Below are positions 11,637 through 23,564 of a stretch of DNA of 64,000 bases, one piece after another; within the stretch, counting starts at the first letter, position 1; the number at the start of each line of letters is the position of its first letter. The notes beneath the pieces are model-generated. The model did not search any database. It saw only the letters and a list, made by a program, of their open reading frames with translations, and was not told the origin of the DNA. A program made the translations under genes and the position numbers. The DNA is from Phoronis australis (lineage: Eukaryota; Animalia; Phoronida). The stretch covers positions 15,184-79,183 of the forward strand of contig NMRA01000386.1 in NCBI GenBank assembly GCA_002633005.1, in the 5' to 3' direction.

Positions 11637-14600
11637 TTTTTCTATTTTATATTTTTATTCGTCGGTAACTGCACGGAATTGCAATATCTATTTGATTCCA
11701 TTTTTCTGAAAGACTAGTTAAATATCTTCATTCACTTTTTAATTAGCAACCTTCAATACGTTGCCATTCAATAAATTCACGTGTGACAAGGTAAACAATG
11801 TGAGCCAAAGAGTCGTCACTTTCTGGAATATCGGCCCTTTGGACTATCCAACCATTTTTTTTTTGCTTTTTGTGTACGCTAAATGGCACGCTTCGATCTT
11901 GAAGAAATGTTTTGAGCCCCAGAAAATCGAATAAATTTAGCTTTTTCAATAACCGTTGTCTGCCAGTACGCTATTCCCACAGTGAACTCCTAAACACTAC
12001 CCATACTTATTTGCGTGGCCGGTGGCGCAATCTTAGCGAATGATTCATAAACTTCTATCAGCTATAGAATACATTGGTCACGTGCAGTAGTTGGTATTAC
12101 AAGGCTAGAGTTCTATGATGTCGTGTATTGCAGCGCCTCAATGAGGGAACTTACGCAAGCACACCACTCCCAAGCCATACGACAAAAGAGAACGGCGACA
12201 GCCCTAAATAAATCACGTTTTTTTTTGGCTCGATTATGCACCTGGTTGTTGCTTAGCTACTCAAATGCATGTTTCGTGCAAAGAGCGCTGATTCAAATTT
12301 CGCGTTGGCAACTAGCCTTGCAACACATTCTTCGAACTCAAAATCGCGAACGGGTATAACTACAAACCCCTGAACGTCGGGTACAACACCGTTTTGGACA
12401 CAGGAGGCACGCACTGGCACTAATGCAGCCAGCATTTCGATAAGTCGTGCTACCATGGGAACGCCGTTAGAGTGAAGTATTTCCCTGACTTCAAACCATA
12501 TAACCCCCTGCGTAATTTGCCTTTCACTTCATACGATGAACAATAGTTTTTAACATGACGACCTACTCGTTGCGCTAGCTTCATTTGTCCTTATGAGATA
12601 TTACTTTCCTGCGGGTCTCATTGATCAGTGGGCTGTTAGTTGGGGCGGTCACGACAGGCATTTTGTCTTGCGTGGATGGTTACATTCTATTGTTCTATGG
12701 ATAATAAATACACGGCAGGGGAACACTAATTAATACAGATAATGTATTTCCAAGGTACCAAGGTGTCTGTATCCTTTTCTGAACGTAAAAAATGTCCAAT
12801 TTTTGCCAGTTTTGGAACATCGTATATCAGAAATGACTAATAAGCATACGTGCTTACATAAAACTCTGAGATATTATGGTTTATCCACTGTTATACAAAG
12901 CACTGTTAGGGATTGCTTTTAGAGTGTTTGCGTGAGGAGCTATCAAAATATAAGATGAAGAGGATTTTTGTGAAAACAAATTGAAGTTGCATAAAATGAA
13001 ACCGAAACGATAATTTAGAAAAGCGTAACAAGGTTTTGGAAATTTGATATTGAACATTTACAGTAAATCGTACAAAATTTTGTCATGTTATTGATCTCAT
13101 TGTTTTGCTATGAATGCCTCTATCTTTTTTACTTAATGTTATTAAAACATGGTCACGTGACCTAATTAACGACATATCGATATGAAGCCAAAAGTCAACT
13201 TCAATGTAATTTCTATTTTCAAAAACATACTACTTTTGCTGAGTTAATATCTATGCTTTTGTATATATTTGACTAAATGTACAGTCTTGTCGATAAGGTC
13301 TTACGTAACCTTCAGTGGCTGATCTGCCCAGGATCTGTCGTTTTATCAGACTTCTATCTGCCATATTTCATCTTCCTATGTGCACAACACTTGGACAAAA
13401 TATTTAAAAAAACACGTATTTCAGATAATGGCGCATGGATCTATACACGAGTACGAAAGGCAGTAAAACGTATGTACTTTTTAGAAAAGCGAGGTCCGAT
13501 TATTGACTAACTAACCGCTTGAAGTTGGTTTTTGTAGGTTTCTAGGTTCTGGAGATGACACGAACGTTGGGCGACGCACCTGATAGGGGGCGGAGAGCTA
13601 TAGCCCCACCTATTTCAGTGCTGCGCCGCCCATGATGAATTATATAAAATGGGACGGAGACATTACGTTCGGTAACTTGGTCCTTAACAGACCTAATGAG
13701 GAAGATCCAATAAACCCTCCGTCAACTTCACCATGACAGACCAGATGGTCGGGAAGTTCCTACAACGAGGTCTCTTATTGGAGGACGAATTGGAGGTATG
13801 ACATACCATTAGTGACCCAGGGAGTGAATTCATGCACCGCGCATACTGCAACGTGTCGTCGGATGATATTGCATTCTAGAACGAAAAAAACCTAGTCTCG
13901 CACCCAGGCTGTACATGTGCTTCTGTTTAGAGCCTGGTACAGACTAGAGTCTATACGACTATTACTTTGAACGAGGTGAATGTGAGATAAGGAGACCATG
14001 AAAAACAAAATATCCACCAGCAATTATTTCACTACATGTTTTCATTCTCAATAGAAACTCTGGAAGACGGTCTTTTTGCTTTTGATTGGATATCATTCGG
14101 TGTTGCTTACAATGACCGCTAAACAACGGCGAGTTAAATGGTAACTGCAGGGATAGACCGATCCTCCCCTCGACCATGTGTTCACTGTAGAACATGATGG
14201 AATGGGGAGGGTTTTAGTTGAAAAACTCTCTCCGTTTAGACACGTGGGTGCCTGGAAGAGGTTTTGGATAGCCTACTAAACAGACATGGGGATTTTGGAA
14301 ATATTTCAATTCTCCAATGGTTTGCCTTAAATTGACTCTTGGAAACACAAACGGAGCCAGGGTCGTGATATTTATTCAAGATTTCGACAAGCTAAATGAG
14401 TTTTGACCATCTTACTGACAGCTGAACGCCAAGAACACCAAATGAAATCTCACGGCTGATTTTCCAGTCTTTCACGGCCGTCTGCTTCTTAGAACACAAG
14501 CAATTTAAACCCTTAACTAACACGTTTATTGTGCGTAGTGAGATCATCTAGGTTCACATTAATCTAAGTACTTTTCAGTATACTAAACGAAATGGCTGCC

Positions 14601-17099
14601 ACAGTCTGGAAGGTTGACGATGTTATACGTTTTCTGTTAAACGCTTTTGAGTTGCGTAAATTACTTGCCAAGAATTCTATGACACGTGGCCCACCTCAAT
14701 CGACAGCTGCTGCCAGTGCTGCATGAGCCTTGGTAACTGCCAATTAAGCTATACCCAGGCGAAAATCAGAAACAGAATACTACCTAACGTTGGCGTAGCT
14801 CGCACGACAATACAAACAGTCTGCTGCGTCCAAGGCAATGTCATGGCTGCCTACAGCATGAACTATTTAAAGACACCGATAGATTTCAAGGTTAGCCAAA
14901 CGGTCGAGTTGCATAATTTTTACCGGTGTGGGTATCAACGTATGGTTTTCATGTGAAAATGGGCGTTTCTGACTCTAATGGCTATCTGACTGGCCTTACC
15001 AAAGACTTAATTACCGAAGGTAGGTTAAATTGGTAAGAAACCAAAAACTTTCATTTTTGCTGCCATGACCCATTATACGGTATGCCAGCCGGGCTGCGTT
15101 TCGTAGAAGCCAGTGTGGTTACATGCTACGCTTGCTATACATGGAAATTTCTGACAAAAATCTTCGTGATGTTGTGTTTTCGCGACATTCTTGCCTCTAT
15201 GGAACGCAGACCAGTTCACCCTGGCCTACATTTGCTCTGTAATCCAACACTAGGGCATTATCAGGACAGGTTGTCTCCACATACAATCGTGATAAGTACA
15301 GTATTTTCAGACGCGAAAAAAACATGACATCTTTCATTATTGGACATCAAAAGCAATGTTAAACGGCCGTTTCCGCTTTTGATAACCTTTTCTGTTTCTC
15401 TTCTTCGTTAACAGTCCCTTTTCCGACCTACTTCGAACGGACTCATAAAATCTCAATTTCCACGACGATGGAAGTTCATAATGAGCCGACACGTAGGCTA
15501 CATGGACAAGACGGTGTCGCCACTTAGCGACTGTCTAAGTGCGTGAAAACTTCGCGAAAACGAAAGATGTTGCCAGGCTTCCTTCGCTGCAGCTGTCTGA
15601 TCGTTGCACACTCTGAGAACATCATTGGCCTCATCTTTTCAAATTGGTAACACGGCACCTCGAAAGTTGTTGTGGCCGGGGAAAGAAAGCGTTGTGACGA
15701 TTCTGAGGGCACCCTAACTTCTTATAGCTTAGGAGTACCGAGGAAACTTAAACTGCCACTGGGTATAAATCAAGCCTTAGTTTCTTTGACGAAGGCGGTA
15801 TATAGTAGATGGTGCCAAGTGCTCCACATATTGTGAAAGTGTCAATGAACAACATTTGGTACTTTCCCATAATGCTATGCTGTCACTTTCGTCACCTTTA
15901 CATTTCGAAAACCAATTTACCAACACGAGGTACTAGAATTTACAAGTTAAAACTCCGTTTCACGGACGCGTGACCCAGGCATGAAAGTTTAGACTGTCAG
16001 TGACAGTGGTATCCTTGGGGTTTTTCTTCTGCACACCACACATGGGCAACACTAAGTGAGCTTTTGCCGTGGGGCCATTTGCAAATTGGTTTTGGACCTC
16101 CTTCACCGTAGAGTCTTGTGTCAGTTAACCAGTATGAAAATTACGTAGCCTAACGTTCATCCGGCTTGTGCCCGTCCGGAGTCCATTCCTTAGTGCAAGT
16201 TTCTTCGTGAAAAGTGAGACCATAAAAGTTTTTCCGAGTAGTGTATTAGTACTGGATCACCCTAGAAACTTTTGATCACACGCTTCTGGAATGTGAGCAT
16301 GTCACCATACAAACATGGCTTTCAAATGTAGTAGAAACTAACCTTTTATTAGCTGAGAAAATGTAATGTTCTATAGCTGTTCCCGCCCTGGTTGTAACAG
16401 AAATATGCAAGCGAGCACATCGATATTTATATAGATGTACGCACTCCGGCGGATACATGTAATTGTATAAACATACAGATGAACCTATTGACGGGGCGCA
16501 ACTACATTTGTACAAGTTTACTCAATCCGATGTAATCTATCCACAACATCTCCCTATACAACGTAATGTTTGTGCAGGAAAATTCAAATTTTAAAATAGG
16601 TGTGCCCTTTTCCACAAATCAAGTTATTCAACAGATGATTAAATGTAGCTTAAATAAGGAGCTGTTAGTAATTAGTCAAACAATGATACTTATTTTACAT
16701 CTCCGTCCTTCCCATTTATGGATCGGCCCTTCCCATCAGGACGTTTGATATGCGCATCGAAAGTCCAAGCTTCAAATTGGATGATAAGGTGTGAATGGGA
16801 ATACAAACCAAAAATGACAGGGACGAAGATGTATATGCAGCTTCCTAAGCCAACCAAATTCGTTTTCGGAAGGTTCGAGCATATTTCGTTGTCTTGACGA
16901 AACGGGCTGAGGATGGGTGATAATTCATTGATGCTTTAAGGATTCGTTTATTAGATTAACGTGACATACAGGCTCACAGTGATATCACCTGTGTCGCAAA
17001 ATATTCGGACAATTAAGGACGACATAGACCTTAAGAAAATTAGCATGAATCGTTTCGTATGACGTAGCATCTTCCACATTTGATTGGTAAGGCGATTCA

Positions 17100-17186
17100 C
17101 TAGCAAGCAGACGCAGCATACATCTGTATCAAGTCGAAAGAAATGTCAGATCCGCCACTATATCCCATCCTGGCTTCGAATACCAC
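17100..17186 (-). CDS. CUB-MAM protein, terminal exon, distal copy B (last MAM strands + stop)
   Basis: ttttcattgcag|GTG...TGC TAG, 87 nt. VVFEARMGYSGGSDISFDLIQMYAASAC* fits the MAM C-terminus (ivFEa..g....gDIaiDdi......C). Confidence 0.9.
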   Translation of the reverse strand: MVFEARMGYSGGSDISFDLIQMYAASAC

Positions 17187-19611
17187 CTGCAATGAAAAGT
17201 TTACGTAGCAGAACGTGACAGTAGCACAGCCTACAAAGCCACATTCCATCAGATTACTTTTGACTTAGATTGCTTACCCTTATAACACTGACTTTAAGGT
17301 TTTTTGTTAGATTAGATCCGCTTTCGTTTGTCTGGAAGAACCGACATTTCTGTTCTGCATGGGAACAGACCAAATACCCTAAGTTTGCAAGTCTTTGCGG
17401 GCTATGCCTTGTGCCGGATATGGTCCTTAACAAACAACAAACCAGAAATGAGGAAAAATTAATAAAATTTATTTCTATGTCTTTTGGCTAACATCATCAT
17501 CGCTGATTTTGAGTTTTCCTGCCACGTAGCGTGGAAAATAACGCAGCCATTGTATATTGCACAAACACAGGGATTACCCTCATCTCTAATAAAAAATAAG
17601 CTGAAAGAGCACCTTCAACTTTTCAACACGCAGAGTAACCACGTTTTTGGCCCGAGTAAAAACAGCTGGATGCAAAGTAGTGCGATAACGGACACAACAG
17701 GGAGGAAATTTACTCAGCATTTGATGTTAATTCCAGTCACTTCAGCATGCATAGAACAGCATGTGGACGACGTAACAGTTTTGTCGTTTGATGTGACTTC
17801 TACAGGCACCATTGGTATTAGGCTTTTTCATGAAACTGCATCAGCCTTTGCCAAACCATAGAGTCCTCTCCGTGTATGTTATATCCAGACAATTTTCAAA
17901 ACCAAAAGTTGTTACCATGGCAGCTTTTACGGAATACACATTACCATGAACAATACCGTCAGCAAATGCAAGGTGACAACACTTCGCTTACTTCAGAAAA
18001 ATCAATTTCACAAACAGTTTTATTTAATTTTTGTTTACTGTTAAAACACAAGAACATCGAAATTGAACACAACAAGCAATTTACAGGTACAAATTAAAAC
18101 TCCAATGATCTGGTAAATGTTGATCAATATTCAATTTTTGACCGCTTGCATGTCTCAATGAACATGGAATAACACAACTATGTGCTTCATATTACTTAGA
18201 TTTTCCCGGAGCTCACCCAAATTGTTTAAAAATGTTACTGTTGATTGTAAATGGCATTCTGCTTCTATGTGAAAAAGGGCTGTCGGAAGCCAGGGTGGAA
18301 AATTGTAGATACGGCTAGGAGACTACAAGTTGGCGAAGCTGAATTCGTCTGCTCTTTTGGTAACATTTTTGGGCTTGATTGTGATATGGGGTCAGTATAT
18401 CAGGAAAAAAATGAGTGCCGCTGTTGACGTACCTATTTCCATTATTTGCCTCATAATTCTTAACCAATATATAAAGATCAAGATGATCCAGGTATTTGAT
18501 ATTGAAGGTAGCTTCATATTCTACCATTAGGTGGTGATGTGGTTTCAAATAAAGCTTGTTTTACTGCTATTTTGACCTACTTGTTTAATGTGAGTTTAAA
18601 TGCAGAGACAATAATATTTATCAACAATGACACATTGAACACGAACTCTAAATTTCAACGATTTACCATTTTCACCAATTTTATTGACAAATTATAAGGA
18701 AATGTGAAGGAATTAGAGCAAAAATGTCCACATAAAGTTACCAGTTTACAATAAGCACGAACTTTCTGCATACCAGGGTTCATTGACTAGGAAGGTTGGG
18801 CCTTGTTGCGAGCAAACGCACACTCTTGGACATACACTGAACAATAAACATTTATGCTCAGGTGTATCAATAACCTACTGTAGCGGTCACATAACCGAAA
18901 AACTTATCGCACATTTTCCTCACTACAACTGCTTGTTAATAAATATTCACGTACAAGCTCGGGAACAAGTATATTTTGTATCTATTTCTTGCGAAACTGG
19001 GTCAGATTTTTGGATCCCACCATACGGTCAGTCGTCCTAATGGGAGGATCTTACTGTTGAAAATTTACTATACTTCTAATTTTGATGTGCATTTCCAATG
19101 AAACAAGGAAACATTTTATTATTTTATCATGTGTGTTTTCCCAAATTTACGTCTATATTATCTGCAGAAAAAATCTTCACATAAGACCATCGGGCGTATC
19201 TGAATGTAGACCTGTCTGCACAAAAGCCAACACCTTAAGCTTTGGAGGGAGCATCAGGCAAACATACGTATTCTTGCAGTAACTGCGGTGGTGACAAACC
19301 TTCAGAGACTACGTGTGATAACTACTGTTAGCGGGCTATTGAAATCTACAACTTTTCTACGAGGGTACGTTTGTTCCTCCGGGAATTGGAACCTTTGTTA
19401 TGGTTCCAGAAAAGCATTGCGCATGGCTACAGGTATTTTCACAATCAGCAATAATGCCATTTGATGAATTTTCTAAGGCCCTTGATTTTTAGAATGACGT
19501 TTTTTAAGGGGATACTGACCCATGTTTAGACGAAGCTGTTATTCACATAGTGGCAGTTGTGTCGTCTGCTGCTATATAATTTGTCCGTCCACTGATAAAG
19601 GAAATATTTAC

Positions 19612-21427
19612 TACAAGAGCAACGGGGATTGTTGAAACGTGCCCACGAATACATCGCAAACGGTGTGCTTTTAGGGTTTTTTATTTGTCAGTGTCATAAA
19701 AATGGCCACTAGATGGCGCAAAAACGCACAATCCATCTGAAAATGGGTACATGTCATAGCTTCTTTAATAGAAAGCTATTCACCAAATTTTAAAGAAATC
19801 TGTCACAGAACTTCAGAGAAACAAAGGAAACAGAATAAAATGAAATTGCCACTAGGGAGCACAGTGTTCATTGGAACCGCCTGAAAGTCGTCATTGTCTG
19901 TTTTTAACTTCATATAAATAAACTTACTAAATTTAATTAAGTTCCAGCAGTGGGTTTAGAAGATACAGCTATGGGCGCAAAACTACCATTTGAGACGCCA
20001 CTGTAGTCAAAGTCGTCATCGTCAACCAGCCTCTTCATCCTGATAACATATACGCAAATTTTCAAACCATCCTTAGAATGATTTGGTTGATAGAGGGGTT
20101 GACGCCAAAAAAAAAACAGACTCGAAAACAGGAAAAATGACCATTAGGTGGCGCAAAGTATCCAAATTCCATCCGAAAACGGGAGGGTAGCGTCATCTCA
20201 CCAATAGATGCCTGTATTCAAAATTTTATGAAAATCCGTTGAGGAACTTTGAACATACAGAGGTAAACGTAAAATGCACAATTGCCACCAGGGGGTGCAC
20301 CAGAAGTCAGATCCGTCAGAAAGTCGTTCTTTGTCAACATCATGTACATAACACTTGTTAAATTTAGTAGATCCTGCAAACGATTTAAGAGATACAGCCA
20401 TAGGCGCAAAAAAAACGAAACTGCCGGTAGGGGACACCACAGTAGTTGAAGTCTTTAGGAAAATCATCGTCAGCCGTCCACTTCATAATAGAAACATACA
20501 TGCTAATTTTCAAAATTATCCTGAAAGTGGTTTGGTTGATAGAGGGGTGGACACCAAAAACAGACTCTAAAACGGTAAAAATGGCCACTATGTGGCGCAA
20601 ACGAGGTCGAATATATATGAAAACGGTATGATAACGCGTCACCGCACTAACAGAAACCTGTACGCCAAACTTAATGAAATTTGTTGAGGAACTTTGTATA
20701 TACAGAGGCTAACGTCAAAAAAATAAAATTGCCACCAGGGGGCACACCAGTAATCAAATCCGTCCGAAAGACGTCGTCGTCCTTTGTCAACATCATTTAA
20801 ATGCACTTACTAAATTTAGTAAAGATTTTGCAAACGGTTTAGGAGATACAGCCAAAAAAGCAAAACTGCCACTAGGAGGCACCACAGTACTCGAAGTTGT
20901 CGGAAAATCATCAACACTCCTCTTTATAGTAAGAACGTACATGTCAATTTTCACAATCATACTTTGAGCGGTTTGGTTGACAGAAGAGTGGACGCTAGAA
21001 ACAGACTAGAAAACTGTAAAAAATGACCACCAGGTGGCGCAAACTACGTCGAATCCATCTGAAAACGAGAGGATACCGTTGTCTCACCAATAAGTGCCTA
21101 TATGCCAAATTTTATGACAATATGCTGAGGACCTTTGAAGATACAGAGGTAAACGTAAAAAAACTAAAATTGTCACTAGGGGGCATATGAGTAGTCGGAT
21201 CCATCCGAAAGTTCGCTCACGCCGTCCCATTTATGAAAGAAACACATCTGCAAATTTTCATGAACACACGTCAAATGGTTTTGGAGGCAAAGCAGCAGAC
21301 GCTGGACGCCGGACGAAAGCCACCCTCCCAGACGGACGGACGGACGGACGGACAGACGGACGGACAGACGGACGAACGGAGATGACGGCATAATGGGTCC
21401 ACATATAAATTTGTGAGCGCATAAAAA
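19612..21427 (+). mobile_element. Non-autonomous Helentron-associated (HINE/DINE-like) element with an internal ~440-bp tandem repeat and (GACG)n microsatellite
   Basis: Absent from the paralogous intron (empty site near 32340-32350). It starts acaagag..., has ~3.5 repeat units (motif starts at 19706, 20141, 20585, 21027), a GACG run at 21331-21378, and ends in an imperfect hairpin plus cataaaaa. The family assignment is inferred from this architecture. Confidence 0.7.
19706..21186 (+). promoter_or_regulatory. Array of 11 co-oriented CTCF-like motifs
   Basis: Examples: CCACTAGATGGCGC 19706, CCATTAGGTGGCGC 20141, CCACCAGGGGGTGC 20285, CCACCAGGGGGCAC 20732, CCACTAGGAGGCAC 20869, CCACCAGGTGGCGC 21027. 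Sequence match only; binding is untested. Confidence 0.55.
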
Positions 21428-21541
21428 TGCACTCACAACACTGTGTCACAAGATCATCATTGGGCGGACTGTGAACTCTTTATGAATCATCAAACTCCTA
21501 TGACTGAGCACGCGCTTCGCGGCATATTTATTCAGCCCTAC

Positions 21542-21717
21542 CTGAAAGATGTCATTTCGGTTCACATGGACACTAGCCTGGTACCATTGGTCTTTTTGGT
21601 ATCCGGATTTGTGCCAGATATTCCCCTTGTTTCCGTTGGTGTCCACTACGAGAACATTCAACGTCCCCACGCTGAAGCCGTCCATGTGGTACCACCACTT
21701 CAGGCAGAATGGCTTTG
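21542..21717 (-). CDS. CUB-MAM protein, penultimate exon, distal copy B (MAM core)
   Basis: ctgttgcag|CA AAG...TTT CAG|gtaggg, 176 nt, phase 1-0. (A)KPFCLKWWYHMDGFSVGTLNVLVVDTNGNKGNIWHKSGYQKDQWYQASVHVNRNDIFQ fits MAM CL.FwYHM.G..vG.L.V...W...G.q...W..a.V. Confidence 0.92.
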
Positions 21718-23231
21718 CTGCAACAGTGATACTTGTAGTGATTATACACAAACGCAGGAGTGGAAGGGCCCGGAGGTAAGTACCCCACAATAATTTGAAG
21801 GCGTCAGGGAGTATGGCTGGGAACAGGAAGCAGTCGAGAAAAAAACGAAACACGCATTTGCCAACTACCGGTGCAGACAAAGATGACAGCAATATACGTA
21901 TATCGGCGCATAAAAATGACGAAACGAAAATGAAACAATGAAATGAGGTTTGATTTTATAAACCTCAGAACACTCAGCTGAGCCTAAAGACCGATGAAAT
22001 CTCGGGGTCGCAAGCTCTCTAAATTTGCGGCGTTCGCATTTCAGTTCCTCTACTCATATTCTTTGACTTTCAAAAAACGTTTACTTGATTGATTTCTGAC
22101 TATCAGCATACGCCTATGATTTTAGACCGGCGGGCAATTTGGCGCTTTATGATTTCGTAAGTTTTCGTCCTAATTAAACAGAACGAGTTCCTCGATGAAG
22201 GCATTTGGTCAATGTGACATATTTTACTCACTCTAAGGAGTGTTTACGTAAACGAAATGAACAATTTATTAAACCGAAAGTTTGATGATGTGAAAAAGTA
22301 GAACAGTACAAGCGCTTTATGTCTGAGTAGTGTGCTACAGCTGAAAGACTGAAAAGTTGTCATATAAATCCTATTGGCTGTTTCCAGCATCATTGCAAAT
22401 TGTTTCTCGTGTACCAAACGGTGATTGAAGACCGCACCACAAATCGACCATTGAGCAAATAGAGAAGCAGCTCAGCTCCCACGGGCTGGGATTCTTGGAC
22501 TTTGTAGTCACGGTAATATAAACAAAGACAACCACTTTCCAATTATTCTGATTAAAATTAACATCTACTTACATATGTACAAACATGTTGTCAAGTGACA
22601 CGAAATTTGGGACTAAGACAGGGTCGAGCGTCAGCTCCGACAGTCCAACACTTGAAACTTGCGGCATCTTCAGTCTTCATCACCAAGCCGTCCTCACGCG
22701 TTCTACAGGCTCCACCAAATAATACAGTGAAGTTCTACTGTACTGTATGTACTAGACGTTTCTGTCCACACCGTTGCAAAGGCTCGCCACATAAACAAAT
22801 AACACTAAATACTTCGAGAGTATTTGAACAAAATATAAGAAAGTCCAGCCTCAGTGTTCAGATAATTCATCACAAACCCCTGCTCACCATCGCCGACAAA
22901 CTAGAACTTTCGGATAAATTCAAAACTGCCCCCTAGAGGGGAGTACCTAACACTTGCTCACTGCACTGTATTTCCGATATTGTGACCTGAAGTATGAAGA
23001 TAAAATCTATAACCACACGGCAATGGGGTAGTTGAATAAAAATTTCATGTTTTAATACAGTGTACAGCTTACTTCGACTTTAGATTAGATTTATTTAATG
23101 GATTAAATATCAATTTTACACCTTAAAATGGTAATATTTGTGATTTTAGTGGTTTCTAACGTGTCGGGAAAGACACTGATTCTGCTTTTTATCATGTGTA
23201 AGTACTTTTGAAAAGAGACATAAATAAAGTT

Positions 23232-23445
23232 TCTCCCTCCTTCCCTCCCTCCCTCCCTCCCTCCCTCCCTTCATCCGTCTGTCCGTCCGTCCGTCCCTCC
23301 GTCCGTCAGTCTGTCCGTCCGTCCGTCCGTCCGTCCGTCTTTCCTTCCTTCCGACCATCCTACCCACCTTCCCTACCTCCCACCCTCCCACTCCCCCCAT
23401 CTCTCTCCCTGTCTCTCCCTCTCTCTCTTTCCCTCTGTGTCTTTC
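23232..23445. repeat. Compound pyrimidine-rich microsatellite (CCCT)n-(CCGT)n-(CT)n
   Basis: Directly visible; it produces the low-complexity ORFs 23146..23400 and 23208..23456. Confidence 0.92.
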
Positions 23446-23564
23446 TCAGGTTTTGAATTGATATTTTCATTCATTCCATTTGTAATGGAAATTGATTGAG
23501 CTTTAAAATGATCTAGAGAGTTAACTAGGTAGGCATTCAATTAGATAGATGTCCACCTTTAAGA

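Larger units (their letters stand above)
16420..22260 (-). repeat. Segmental duplicate B (distal) of the 3' end of the CUB-MAM gene; paralogous to 29285-35580
   Basis: Alignable blocks: 16420-17250 with 29285-30085 (3' UTR + last exon), 19480-19610 with 32240-32345, 21425-21880 with 32345-32800, and 21910-22260 with 35205-35580. Confidence 0.88.

Noticed and set aside
13691-14140. Two plus-strand exon-like segments (MTDQMVGKFLQRGLLLEDELE / KLWKTVFLLLIGY...)
   Set aside because: The splice signals are plausible, but there is no homology and no further exon chain, so it cannot be told from chance or TE debris.
6314-16400. Allene oxide synthase-lipoxygenase fusion (coral type) as the explanation for the missing LOX start
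   Set aside because: I could not recognise any catalase-like exons between the PLAT exon and the 3' end of the CUB-MAM gene; the idea is unsupported, though small exons could have been missed.
18315-18548. Minus-strand ORF with a donor-like site inside the cassette B intron
   Set aside because: There is no recognisable domain and no counterpart in cassette A, and exons 3B and 4B already join in frame.
19700-21200. Regularly spaced conserved motif that might suggest a CRISPR array
   Set aside because: The spacing is ~145 bp, the spacers are themselves homologous with a 440-bp period, the context is eukaryotic, and there are no cas genes.
21176-23456. ORFs with VRPS/DGRT/PPSL repeats
   Set aside because: They are translations of (GACG)n and (CCCT)n microsatellites.
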